This document shows positions 36,348 through 49,711 of a stretch of 64,000 nt of DNA, in pieces. Position 1 is the first letter of the stretch. Each line of letters opens with the position of its first letter. A model generated the notes under the pieces. That model was not told the origin of the DNA and ran no database searches. It saw only the letters and a program-made list of their open reading frames with translations. Position numbers and translations under genes: made by a program. This DNA comes from Callorhinchus milii (taxonomy: Eukaryota): assembly GCF_018977255.1 (NCBI RefSeq), contig NW_024704743.1, forward strand, positions 87,236,001 through 87,300,000, written 5' to 3'.

Positions 36348-39300
36348 TTCCTATTTCAATCATCGCATTTTAGACCACATTATTTTCATGAATATGCAAA
36401 TTGGGTCATATCTGCTCATGAACCCCATTTATTTTGTACATTTATTTGCTGTAATGTGCACTGCCTCTCTTGTATCTAATATAGATGGAGGAGTCCATCT
36501 TCCTTTGGCCCAACTGCTTAATTTGTCTAGACTTTCTAGTACACTATTTATCCTCCTTATATTTGTTATTCATCTACCCACTCACGTACTGTAGTTTAAT
36601 AGGATTGTTACATTTAAGACTTCTATAAATAGTGCAAAAACATTAGGAACAAACCAAAACAGACCCAGGTGGAACTCTACTTCTCACTGTTCCCAGTCAG
36701 ACCTTTTTGTTTCATTTTGTGTCATCTCTGCTTCCTGTCAATTAAACGAGTTTTCAATGAAACCGGTTCAATTGCTATTACTGCCATGATCTTAAATAGA
36801 AATTTCTGAAAAGCCAAGTGATTTATACCCACCGGATAGCCCTCAACCATAATAATAATACTTGCATTTGATATAGGACCCTATCACATCTTCGAGTTGT
36901 CTCAAAGCGCTTCATAGAATTTACTGTAAAGTGAATTCACTGTATATTTTGTTGTTGGAACAATGGGGGTAGCTATTTCCTCAAATAGTTCCAGTAGTTT
37001 CAATAGGGAATACCTATCTCTTAGAAATTCATGCTGACAGTTCATCATTGTTCTTTTAGTTGATAAAAATTATCTTTTAAGTTGAAGAATCCTGTGATCA
37101 CTTATTTAGGTTACCAGAGTTGTCACATTATTATTGTTTCCTGTCAAGAATTGCAGGTAATTTGTGTCTTATGGGTTCACTTTTACCTGTATAATACCTG
37201 TTATTCTTTTCCCAATGCAACTTTGCCTTAATAGAACGAAAGTTGTGAACTGGACAGGGAGAAGTTGCAGATCATGTCCTATATTGCATCATGACCCACT
37301 GCAAGGGACAATGTTGTATTTTAATCCTTATAATATAAACACATAACCATTACTTCATGACTGTTTATGGGATATTGCTGTGCTTTCTTACATTATACAT
37401 AGTTACACGACATCCTGTGAAGTGCTTTGAAACAATCTCCTGACCTGATAGGCACTGTATCAAAAGCCAAGATTATTATTATATTAAAGTATTCTAACCA
37501 AAGGGGAAAACGTTGCTATCAATCATTCACTGTAATTATAAAGACATTTTAAAAATGCTAATTATACAATGAAAAGAATAGTTCTCTCTGATGGAGCTCA
37601 ATTCCTCCTAAACTTGAATATTCAAATTGTGAAACAAAGAAAAGAAAATATTAGAGAAAGGGAATAGGAAAGAAGTGATTAGGGTGGTAACTTAATTAAT
37701 TTATCATGGTTATTCTCATTATTATAGTGTTGAAATGAATACATAAATACATTTCTGGCAGTTTTAATATATTCAAACACTTAATCAGCTTTCCGACATC
37801 TTTCTCTTTTCAGGTCATTTATCAGTCTGGCCTTGCTTACAGCACAGATTCATTAATCTTCCCTGGTGAGGAGAGTATTCACAGTGCCTTGCATTACCAC
37901 CAACATATGGAAGTGTCTATCTTTATTGGTTGGATGCCCTTATTGATACACATAGAAGGTTAAACTTGTTTATATTGCAATCAGTGTACAAAACTGGCAG
38001 GGGCAACATTTCTATTCAGTGGAGCATGAATTAAAGCCCGAAATGCATAATTAGATTCAACCTCCTTAGCAACCACAGAATTGTGCAGATCTGTTTAAGA
38101 AAGAAATGAGCATCATTAATCCATTGACGTTCTGATGGGCATCTCACTTTCTAACAATAACGTGAACATCAGTCAACCATGATAGAGCTGCTAATGATAC
38201 ATAACTGGAAAAACATGTTATTAAAATCAATAGAATCCACATTAATATTTTCTATTCAGCCTATCTCATTCAGCCACAATATGAATTGCTAATTTTCTGC
38301 ATTCAGTAAATTACTCACTAATTATTTTCACATGTTTTAAAGGGAAAAGTCAAAAGCATTCTGTATTCAGAAATATTTCAGACCAAATTTCAGCAAGCAG
38401 ATTCTATAGAAAGAAGATAAATAAAATGGTTTAAATTCTGACACATTTTTGTATTGTATCCTTATTAGTATCTAATAGTATCTTCTTTTGAGATTCTCAG
38501 TTACCTGCCTCAATTTATTTTCATTTGTTTCCTGGTAAATATTTAATTTTCTATAGAAATGTTTAGAATGCAGTCTTAAGTGCTGAGCTGTCCCAGCCTT
38601 ATGTGTACTGGGACTTGATAAGAGTGAACGAGAAATCTATGAACAAATCAAGTAAAATACTTCCTGATCTTTTCCTACTTTGAAATCAAAGGGGATGATC
38701 CCTTCTTTCCTGGTCAGCCATGTGATCAGACCTTTTAAATATAATATATATTTAGCATATATTTAGCTCAGCTACCCAATTTTTGGTATCTCACTCATTT
38801 TAGAAGGCGACTATCCTAAATTGTTTTTACATAATCCTTGCATTTGATGTTGTGCCTTATCCTTTCATTGGGATGCCTCAAAGCATTTAAAATGATTTTA
38901 CTGTGAAGTGCAGTGTTAGTGTATTTATGTCAAATAGAGAGATTATCAACCCAAGTGATGAAGCACTGAGATGCATCTCAAGAGTCTGTTGTAAGTAGGC
39001 TTGCTGGTTTCTGATTTTAATTGGTAGAAATCAATAATTCATTAAGTTCTCCAATATTCTCCAAATCGAGAAAAATGAATTCTCATCTTTTAAACATTTT
39101 TTTACATTTTGGGATCGATTTGATTTACAAAAATAGCCCACTTCTGGGCTGTAAGGTCTGCTGTCGTAGTACTGAGGTAGAAGATTGCTAAAAATCTGGG
39201 GGGAAAAGATGTCTATTATTCTATTATTATAATAGAATTGAAAATGGGCAACCTCAGTTATAAGATTACACAGCGGTTATCAAATTCTCTATGGAGTGGA

Positions 39301-39799
39301 AATTGTGAGTTTCCTTTTGAGACTATTGAATGGATATCAGTGGCCTGAGATGTCATCTTAGTTCAATGTTTTGGAGTTTTGAGAATTGGGGGAAACTTCA
39401 CAGCATTTTGAGATCAGTGGCGATTTACCATTGGTGAAAAGGGCACAACACAGGGATTGTACATAATATGTGGAGGGTACAGCCTTGATATTTGTTCCAC
39501 TTTATCAGTGATTCTCTAGACCCACAAATCTTCACACATTAAATCTTTTTGTAACTCGTCCCCATGGTTAAAAGGAATGGTGCAAACAGTTTGCTGCAAG
39601 GACAGATTTATGCTGAAAACTGTTGACTACTGGGAATTGATTTGTGACAGTTGATTTTATATAGGAGTCTCTAACAGATGTTCTATTGTATAATCTGTCT
39701 GGGCTGCATTCCAATGAACTTCCCAAAAGCACTGGTAGATTTTAGATGCCAGAAAAGATTTTCCTACTAGGTCCAAAAATCCCTGGTTCGCTGTTGCCT

Positions 39800-39824
39800 G
39801 AGAGAGAGAGAGAGAGAGAGAGAG
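39800..39824. repeat. (GA)12 microsatellite
   Basis: Read directly. Confidence 0.95.
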
Positions 39825-42800
39825 CATCATTGCTTGTAGACGAGTGAAGGGGCAGGGAAGTTGCCCAGAATTACAGAGAATGTTACAAAACAGAAACAGG
39901 CTATTTAGCCCAACCGCTCTAGGCTGGTGTTTATATTCTGCACAAGCCTAAACCTCTGTCTCATACCTCTGCCTCATGAATGCAAGGAGTTAAAGAAGAT
40001 GCCAACAGTTACTAGCGCTACCATTTTACATGAGGCTGATCTTTGCAGTAATTGCAGCATTTGGTTCTCTTTCCCTTCCACCCCACTTGGCTCCCATCTC
40101 CAGCTCGGAAGTCATGCCAAGACTTTGGATGTCATCATAATGTGAAAGGCCCTATATAAATGTAAATTTGTATTGTTAAATAACGGGAAGTGTCCAGCAA
40201 GTAGTCTGCCTCACTGGGGCCCAAACTGCTGCATGGTGTATGTAATACAACACATCCAGCTTCTGGCACTGACTAACTTTTTAAGGGCTCTGAGATGCTA
40301 TCTCAAGTGAAGAGCACAATATAAATACAAGTCGTTGTTGGTAGTAGTGGTTTCCCGCAGTACAAAAACGGTTAACTTTTGGGTTGTCTGGATACCACTG
40401 ATGTTGCTTCCTGTGTGTTGAATGATCTGAGAGCAAGTTCTTACTTTTGTTACTCTGCGGATCATGAAACATCAATGGGGACCTGGAACTCGAATTTTTG
40501 GGACTTTGTTATGATATGCTCTCTGACATATTAGATCTAGATAATCGTGTTATATAGGGGCCAACAGTCTCATCGCTACATTCAGTGTAAGTATTACATT
40601 AAGAGTTTCTCACCCTGGGTGGCAAAGCGATTAATACTTATTAAGGAATGGTAGGAATTGAATGGTAGTCACTGTCAAATCTACCTAATGTATTTCAGTG
40701 GAAACCAATTGTTAGGGGATGAAAGGGAAATTTCTGTTGAACACAGGTTCAGATTTATTTGGTTTTCAATGCATTGCTGGATATCTTAGTTTTCCTACAA
40801 TTGCGTATAATTTTCTAATTCATACCTGATGGAGATATAAACTCTTTATCTCAGATTCAATATCTGACAAAGACATAAGCAAGAAACAGATTCCATTCTT
40901 CTTGGAATGCATACATACATCTTCCTGCAGCAACCAGTTGGACCTTTTTATATTCCAACAATATTTTACGCTGACAGACAAGTTCCTGACAATATTCATT
41001 ACTATTGCCCATCCAGCCTAAAATAGTGCTAGTTCCTATACGCCCTATTGTTTCTGTCCAAATACTTATCCAATTTATAAGCTGTGGTCTTGGTTTCAGT
41101 AGCCATTTGCGATAATGTATTTCATAACCGTCCATATGAAGCATTTTTTCTAGCCTTCCCCAAAACTTTTCCATTGAGGATCCTGAGTTAGCAAGTCACG
41201 AACCACTAACTGGATTAATTCTGTCTCTGTTGACATGCTTTATGGGGGAAAGACTAAAGCAACTTCTTTGAAGACAAGACATGAAAAAAATATGTATCCA
41301 AACAGCGACACTGTGCATTCGGGGGAAAAAAATCAAGTTGTGTTTTGACTTTGCTTGGAGTTTTATTACATATCAAAAACTGCAAACAGGTGAATGATCC
41401 AAATCTTCCTGTTTACAATGTGGCATATTTCTGGTTACAAAGAAAAATCATTATTTGCAACACAGTATCAATATTAGTGAGTGCTGTTGCCAATGGGAGC
41501 AATTTAGACTTCATTATCCTGTTAGCCATGGAGCTTCCACACAGCCCAAAATGGAGAGGTGTATCTCCAATATTAGATTTTCTATTCTCATAAGGACTGA
41601 GCATAAAATATTCATTTGCTGGCAATTTCATATTGATTACTACTTGATAAATGTAGTTATTTGCTCACAATTATTAATTTTTCCCTGACAGCTACGACTT
41701 CAACACTGCTCAGCACTGAATATTAAGTGGCATAAGATTGGCTGCCAACAAAATAAATCTATCTAGTAGGGAATACAAACATCCTACAGGCTTCAATGGC
41801 AGTAATTGTACTTTGGTACAAGTTTAACCAACTTGAAGTTTATGATCTTATTTAAATCTGTCAGGGAATATTGCTCACTAGCATGTGGGATGAACCATCA
41901 AGAAAGAGGGAGGAATTGCAGAAAAATGTACTTAAGATCTTGGCACAGTGGAATAAGGGTGAAGGAAGGGGAAATGGCTATTGACACCGATATATCCATT
42001 AATTTCTGTGTGATCACAAGAATCAAAATATTAAGCTACTGGTAGTTTAACAATGTATCAGTCCTCATCTTCCCTTTACATCCTCCGGTTCCGGCTTGTT
42101 CTTACTAGCTTTTTTAATTTTGACTTTTTATTTTAATTGTTTTCTACCCGTTCTAGCTTTTTAGTTTAACCGTTCAATCTATTGCTTAGTTTTCTTTCTT
42201 CCATCTTCCAATTTCTATTCTGAAACAACCTTTTCTTGTTTCTAATTCATTTTACCCGGTTTGAAATCCAGCTGACAGGCCAGTTTTACACTCTGTCAAA
42301 TGTTAAAAGATTGACATGTCCCTGTTTATTTATCACTCAAAGATTATGATGTATCACTCAATTAAAGTGAATGAATGGCCACAGCCATTGGGCTTGTGAT
42401 TGTGATCTGGTGTAAATGTACGTCAGCAGAATTGTAATGGTTAATGTTGAATATTCCATTTCACCTTGTTTTGACTTCCCATCGGCAGTAAGTTACGACA
42501 TCTTGTCAGTTCAAACTACTCAGATTTACTGCTCTTGCAAGCAGAAGTGAGCCATGGATATAGGCATAAGAACATGAATTATTATGGTCTTGCTGGTATG
42601 GGGCAGAAAATGGCAATGAAAACTAAGTGCTATAGGAGATTGTGAAACTGACTGTGCCTGCGGAACAGGACATCAAATTCAAACATCCCTTTTGTTTGTT
42701 TGGCAATACAACAGAAAGCTGATGGAAACCCCAAGACACCGTTGTCTGCAAGTCAGAAATATTTCTCAAATGCTGAGAACAGATAGGATGCAGATGTGTG

Positions 42801-42904
42801 CCCATCTGTAAAACAGCGTATGATATTCAGTAGGGAAAAACATATCCACATGGTCCGCCAATCCACTTACAACTGGGTTCCAACTTATTGCTAATTAAGC
42901 AGAG

Positions 42905-43010
42905 GCTTGTGGAGTAAGGAAACTTGGTCAAAGTTTCACCCTGCTGGGAATCAAGCCCAGGCCCTCTCGCTTGCAAGCCGAGTGCTCTGAGCACTAAGCT
43001 ACAGTACTCC
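42905..43010 (-). mobile_element. Family-A SINE head only
   Basis: gtggagtaaggaaacttggtcaaagtttcaccctgctgggaatcaagcccagg..gagtgctctgagcactaagctacag. Confidence 0.85.
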
Positions 43011-44067
43011 TAAATAAAATATCCAATGTAAGTTTGGAAGAAAGTACAAATCTGACCACAATTTTAATTGCCATACTTTACCATTTAATTGTGTTAACTT
43101 GTACCAATGTTCAATAATTACAATAAATTGTAATACTTTTTCATTTTGATTGATTCTTTAAACAGAATTACTTTCTGTGATAATTTTGCATGTACTTTCA
43201 AATTCTTTGCTGTCTTTTTTTGTTCCTCCATGTTGATTCATCATTCGCAATTCATGAACAGATTTTTGTACTTTGCTTTTACTTGGTTCAGCTTGTAAAG
43301 TTTCTGAAATGTTCTTATCGTTGGGCTGTTCTTTTACGTCGTGGATCCTGCTTTCATTAGTGTGTTGAATGTAGACCGTAGTTTTGCCTATGCCAGGTGA
43401 AGAATATCAATTAGTTTCTCATGAAAATATTGCCAGTGCAGAGTTCCCCTTGAAGTCCAGTCAGGACAATGCAATACAAATAGCATCTGCACACATATTG
43501 AATTGAGCAAAGGCTTTAAAATACACCATGACCTATCATCTTAAACATTCATTTTAGATTGGAAATTCAGTCAAGTATTAAATGTATTTCCTTCAGTTTG
43601 TAAAGGATACAAAACTGGGTCCAAATTAGGTGTGGGTATTGCAATGTCAGATTGCCGAGGCAGGAATGAAACTAGTCCAAAACAATTTGAAACACAATCA
43701 ACCCAGCCCAAGCAATAGGAGAGAAATTCCACTTGGAACTAGATTTAATCAAAATAGCATAGTGTCAGAATTTGGCAAACTGTTGACTGAAGTCTTAAGT
43801 TTCAAGTAGGTTTTTGTTCTTAACATTTATAGAAAACTGATTTCAGAATTTCAGGCTTTATTTAAGAATTTGTCAAATTCTGGATGATCGGAAATGCTAC
43901 GTAATGGAATAAATCCAGAACCAGGATTCCATCCAGGTGGAATTTCTCTCTAAATGTACCTTAATCTCAAAAGTACTATTCTTCAGCAGTATGAGGCTGC
44001 AACAACATCAACAAGAATTGCATTTAGATGGAGCCCTTCATATGGGACAGGGTGTGGGAGCTCTTAG

Positions 44068-44720
44068 ACCATCCAAGACCTCATTGTCAATGAAAACATC
44101 AACATCCTCTCCCTCACCAAAACCCATGTCACTCCAGGCGACACCTTCCCAGAGGCCACACCACTCGGCTACACCTTCCATCATATCCCATGACCTAACC
44201 ACCGTTGTGGTGGTGTGGTTCTCATCTACCATTCCCCACTTGGCCTATCCCCTTATTCCTCCTGAATCTTCCCCTCCTTTGAGCACCTTACCCTTTATCA
44301 CCCCTCCAACCTTTCCCTCAAAATTCTCCTTATTTATTGCCCTCCCACACCTTCCTCCCTGACATCTCCACCCTCCTATCTTCCCTCTGCTCCAAATGCC
44401 TCCTCATCCTAGACAACTTCAACTTCCATTTTACCCCTTTCTGCTCTCCCTCTGCTGACTTCTCCTCATTCCTGTCTTCCCTCAGTTTCTTCCCCCACTG
44501 CCTCACTGATCAGGCCACCGAAACCCTCATGCATTCCTTCATTCCATCCAGGCTCAACTATACCAATGCCATGCTTGTCGGCCTCCCCAACTCCTCCGTC
44601 CATAGGCTGCGATCATCCAGAACTCAGCAACCCATGACCTCTCTCTCACCAGGCTCCGCGACTATTATCCCCATCCTCACCCGACTCCACTGGCTTCCCA
44701 TCACACAGAGGGTACAGTTC
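44068..44720 (+). mobile_element. Internally deleted L2 LINE: endonuclease segment joined to the ORF2 C-terminus
   Basis: DLIVNENINILSLTKTH..PLGYTFHHIP*PNHRCGGVVLI and LLILDNFNFH (APE motifs), then ATETLMHSFIPSRLNYTNAMLVGLP and PILTRLHWLPITQRVQF. No RT core. Confidence 0.85.
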
Positions 44721-46474
44721 AATTTTTTTAAAAAAATCATGTTTGATATAGTGCCATATCCAATTGGAACGTATCAAAGCAATTCACACAGTTACTTTGA
44801 AATGTAGCGATTGTTGTGAGGCGTTCCTTGCATTTTGATATTTGAGGCAAATGCAACAGCTAACGTGTGCCAGCTTGATCCCACAGCAATGAAATGAATG
44901 ACCAATTAATCTGTTTCATGGTGAATTTTCACGAGGGAGAAATGTTGGCAAGGATGTTAGACCATCACAGCTGGCAGAGAGAGAAAAAGCTTTCATCCAT
45001 TTAGTCTGGTTTGAATTCTAAAACAGCTGGAGAAATGAAAGGCAGTGGAGCAATCCAGTGTGTCACCCAATTCCAGCAATTCCTCTTTAAATTAACATTT
45101 ATCAATTGTGCTTTAAAATATTCATCATTAAAAATGTATAGGAGATATCTTCAAGGTGTTATATGATGGAAAGATAGATGAAAATTTGTTATAAACAAAA
45201 TATTTGTCAAACTATGCCATAAATGCTCTGAGACACTATCCCAGTTGAAGGGTGCTATATAATGTAAGTTGTATTGTTGCTGTAATTTTCTTCAGATTCC
45301 AGTGAACTGCTGGTGCCTCGCTTCCTCCCTGGCTCACTGCTTTCAGCCATTCTGCTTCAACATTAGGAACCTTTCCTGCAAAATCCCTCTGCCCTGCCCC
45401 GTTTCTCCCCTTTTTGAAGAAAGTGCTGTCAGCACCACCTCCTCCACATAGCGTGCATTTACAATGCACAGGAAGCGATGATAGCAGAACTTCCTGAACA
45501 AACACACACACTGTCGTCAGTGAAATGGCGACCCAGAAGTTGGCCATTTTTTGGTGCCTCTCTGATAACGTAAGAGTCCACTGAAATATTGGACCCATCT
45601 GACTGCCCAAAAATGTGTTTCCTTGTAAGAAGAAGATGCTGATACTGCAAATATCCTTGCATTTGACGTAATGCCTTTAACGTCCAAGCATTTCAAAACA
45701 CTTCACTTCTCAGGGAATTTCAAATAGTGATTAATCGTGCAGCATTTGGTCATCTGGTCATGCAGCAGCATTTATGAATTAGTTATACAGTAGCCACGGA
45801 ATCGCATGTAGTTGTACGGTTCATATTCACATTCAGGAGTCTCCGACTTCAGTGTGTTGGTTTCATCGTAGAGCACAACTCCATGCTTTGTGGCAACTCA
45901 GATGCTTGTTAGCTTACCACAAACTATTGCTGTGCACCTTCCTGATGCGTTGGAAGCAGGGAGATTTTGTGCAATCCTCATATGCCTGTGCCTCAGACAT
46001 TCCCATTACTAATACCACAACTTATTTATTTCTATCTTTAGCATTAAATCCAACACAAGTCATTCTTCATTCACCAGAATTATTCCCCATAGGAAATTAA
46101 ATCTGCCTGGCACCTTATTGACCTGAAGGTTTTTTTTATTCTACATAACTCTTATCAACAGGAATTAAATCACAAAAACGGTCCTGTTATCTCACAGTGC
46201 CTATGGGTTAGTTAAAAATCAGCTGTAATTATTCAATATAAATTTTTAATACATATTGAAAGTGGATGTATTAATGATTAAAGGAGCGGGGGTTTTCAGG
46301 CTTGAGGGTCAAAGATCGAGTATAAGCAGGCTGGAGGTCCATGAATCTGATCAATCTTTATTTAAACAGTCTTAGGCCAAACAATCTCATGGTTGCTTAT
46401 AAATATGCACTCTGCTACAGGTTGGAAATACAGTTTTCAAATATAAATATTTGTAGCTCAGAGGAAAGCTAAGT

Positions 46475-46760
46475 GCAACATAGAAAAACAAGCCATTCAG
46501 CCCATCGAACATGTTCCACCAGTTTATTAGATCCTGACAGATCTTTTAATCCCAATCCCCTCACCTTTCCTCTTAATACCTTAATAGAGATCACCTACCC
46601 AAATTTGTCTTTTTTTCAAACTACCCTACTGATTCCACCTCATCAGTTTTCTGTGCAGGGAATTCCAAATCTTCAAAACACAACAAGAAATGTCTCCTGA
46701 TCTCAGTTTTAACTGTGCTGGCTCTGATTGTAAGGCTATGCTCTCTCGCAGTGGACAAAT
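46475..46760 (-). mobile_element. Old CR1 3' fragment
   Basis: aaaacaagccattcagcccatcga..aatcccaatcccctcacctttcc..gggaattccaaat. Confidence 0.65.
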
Positions 46761-47804
46761 TCCACCCCCTCTCCAAAACACAACCACTACACAGCCAAGC
46801 AATATTTTGACTGTACTGTATTGTTGTGCCCTTCTCGGCTTAAATGTATGGTCAAATTGTATTGACAGTCTGAAAATTTCTAGGGTGATAAAGAATAGAT
46901 CTCTAAGAACCTGTTAAATTGGCACAAAATAATGCCCGTAAAGCACGATTTGTGAACTTCAGTTGGAATTGATCGACTATAAAGCTGTTACCCTGGGATA
47001 GAGTTTGCTATAATGGCATTTCAACTAAAACGTTCAATATTCTTAACTGTTTAAATAAAAAATTAAAAGAACATGAACCACCATGAATCAAACACAGAAT
47101 TATAAGTTGAAATTCTGAATTATTATTTTAATGCTGGCATTTTATATTTGCCCAGAATTTCTTATAATTTTACTGGTGGTCCTTTGTGTAGCTAGTTGTT
47201 TAAAACCAAGTGCAGAGAAGGGCAATTTCCCCACTAAAAGTTGTTACCAAATGCTTCTATCAATTGGCAGCATGGATTTGTTTGGATGTAAGAGTATGTT
47301 GCAGTCCCTAACTCAGGAGGTTTGTGAATACTGTCCTTTAGCTGAGGTGTGGAAGCTCAGAAAGTTGTAGCATTTAGAAGAATAAAAATGAGTATGGTTA
47401 AAAGTTTCGGACTCTCTGCCAGGGTCCATAGTGCAGCAGGACTTGATGGACTCTGACTTGAAAAACAGATGTGATCCAGCTCTTTGAGCAATTGAGCAGA
47501 TTAACAAGTCACAGAGATATACTTACCTGTTGTGCATTCTCACAATCAATGCTTTGTCTAGCAATTGATTTTGTGACTTTTATTCATAAACTCACATAAA
47601 CCTTTCTCTGTTTCTAAGATGGAATGTCAGGAAGGGTTTGTTGTTAGTTATTCACTGCTTTCCCTCAGTCACTGCTGTCTTTGAATTATTTTGGTTTTAA
47701 AAACTAAAATGAGTGCAAACTCTCAGGCGCTTAGATGAAACAAGTGTGTGGTGATGACAGTGCTGTCAGTTTGCAAACAAGCTATTTGAAATGAATTTAA
47801 TATC

Positions 47805-48560
47805 TCAAAAACAATGTGCATTTACATAGGGTCCTTCATGTAGAATAATGTCTCGGAACACTTTACAATGGTGTAGTAGATGCCTAACTGGGTGGGGAGG
47901 GAGGTGTGGGAGTCGGAGGAAGTAGACCATAGACACAGTCGAAGAAGCAGGTTTTAACATAGGTCTGAAAACCTGCATTGTGGAAAGGAGTTTTTCATTG
48001 TCCATGAGAATAAGTGATTTGGGGTTTTGGATCTAGAAGTTTCCAGGAAAGCAGCCTGAAATGTCCCTTAGTGTGAATTAACTGATCAAGATCATTGAGT
48101 GTGTACCTTTTCAGAATCCATTTCTTGAGATATACACCAGCAACTTGCGTTTGTAGGTGAGGGCGAGGAACTTGAAATTAATCCTGTTAGGTGGTTAGGA
48201 GCAGTGGAGCTTGGCGCAGATGGGGTTGATAAGTGTGTGAAGTTCTGTATGCAGGTGTGAAGGTTGGTGATGAAAATTTGGATGAGCTGAAACTTGTGAA
48301 TAGTGGGACTGGGAAAGTGGCAAGGAGGACTTCTGACAGGTCGATTCAAGAGGTGCTGAAGGTGTGATTGAGCGCTTTGGCAGCACCTGCACCTTGCCCC
48401 CTTCTCTTTATCTGCTTTAAATCCCACCTAAAAACCTACCTCTTTGATCACACTTATGGTCATCTCTGTTTCTCCCTTGCTTGATAACTGACACTATGAA
48501 GTGCAATGAGATATTATCCTACATGAAGGGCACTATATATGATTTCAAGTTGTTTTGATA
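47805..48560. mobile_element. Cluster of L2 fragments (47805-47990 and 48160-48360 minus; 48385-48560 plus)
   Basis: Minus: HKFQLIQ-like and gcagtggagcttggcgcagatggggttgat. Plus: aaaaacctacctctttgatcac..tgaagggcactatat. Confidence 0.6.
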
Positions 48561-48992
48561 TAAAGAGAAGGCAATGGGTTAAATTGGATTAGAACCAGGA
48601 ATATGTGGTTCACAGAGATGAACGAGAGAGGAAAGGCAATCAAGGGGGAATAAAATGGTCAATGGTGTCAAAGGCAGCAGCCTGGCCAAGGAGGACTCAA
48701 AATCACAGTGAGCTCTAGTCACAGAGAGAAAGAGAAACAGAAAACATTGTTTGTGACTTTGACAAGGTGGCAGGATGGTTTGGATCAATAGAGGGGTGCT
48801 GAATGTTGCTTTAAACAAGGAGCAGAATAAAACAGGCTCAGAATATGAACCTGAAAAACATATATATGAAAAAAGCATGACTCAAAGGTGAAGCACAATC
48901 TCAAGATTACAAGATTGGTTTGGATGAAGAAATCTGAAAAAGATAGCACCATTGGGAATGCACAATATCCAGCCAGCTCAGTATATTCAATG

Positions 48993-49159
48993 CATCGTGC
49001 AGTTAGAGATTGACTCCCAGGGCAATCTGACGTGAAGGCTTAAATGGAGCCTATCTGGAAGGTACGTAACTCCTTCCTGGCATCTGCAGATTGACTCACG
49101 GGGCAGGCTGACAGGAAGGATTAAATGCAACCTGTCTAGAAGGCACATACCTCCTTCCT
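48993..49159 (+). repeat. Diverged tandem duplication, unit about 81-88 bp
   Basis: gattgactcccaggggcaatctgacgtgaaggcttaaatggagcctatctggaaggtacgtaactccttcct versus gattgactcacggggcaggctgacaggaaggattaaatgcaacctgtctagaaggcacatacctccttcct. Confidence 0.85.
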
Positions 49160-49387
49160 ATCTATCACGTCACCAAATCAGATGGGAACAGGAGAAACCT
49201 GAAATGGGTCTCAAGATCCAGTGAACTTTGAGGATGGTAAAAATATGTCCATACTTACAACTATTAGACAGAGCTGGTACAGAACTCTTAACTCATCCTT
49301 CACTTCAACATTTTTATTTGAGTTTCCATAGTTATGGGAAGTTGATGCATGATGCCCTAATAATCACTATTAGGTGCTATAAGACAT

Positions 49388-49711
49388 GGAATCCCTTAGC
49401 TCAGGTGTTGCCTCACAATTGAGAGGACCTGGGTTTGATTCCCGGGCAGGACGAAATGTTGGGCAAGTTTCCCTAAGCCACATGTCTCTGTTTACCTAGC
49501 AGTAAGTAGGAACCCGGTTGATAGTCAATTGGCAGATCGCTTTCTGGGGGTAATAACCCCTTCAAAAATAAAAAATAATTTGGTCAATCAATCCACGATC
49601 AATCAATCCACAAAATATAAAGTCAATCCACTGTGAAGTACTTTGAGACATCTCAACGACATGATAAGATGCTATATCAAATGCAAGGATTATTATTATT
49701 ATTATTATTAT
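49388..49711 (+). mobile_element. tRNA SINE with family-A head, CORE-like domain and shared L2-type tail
   Basis: gcctcacaattgagaggacctgggtttgattcccgggcagg head; ttgggcaagtttccctaagccacatgtctctgtttacctagcagtaagtagg (49459-49510) resembles MIR CORE; (tta)n tail. Confidence 0.75.
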
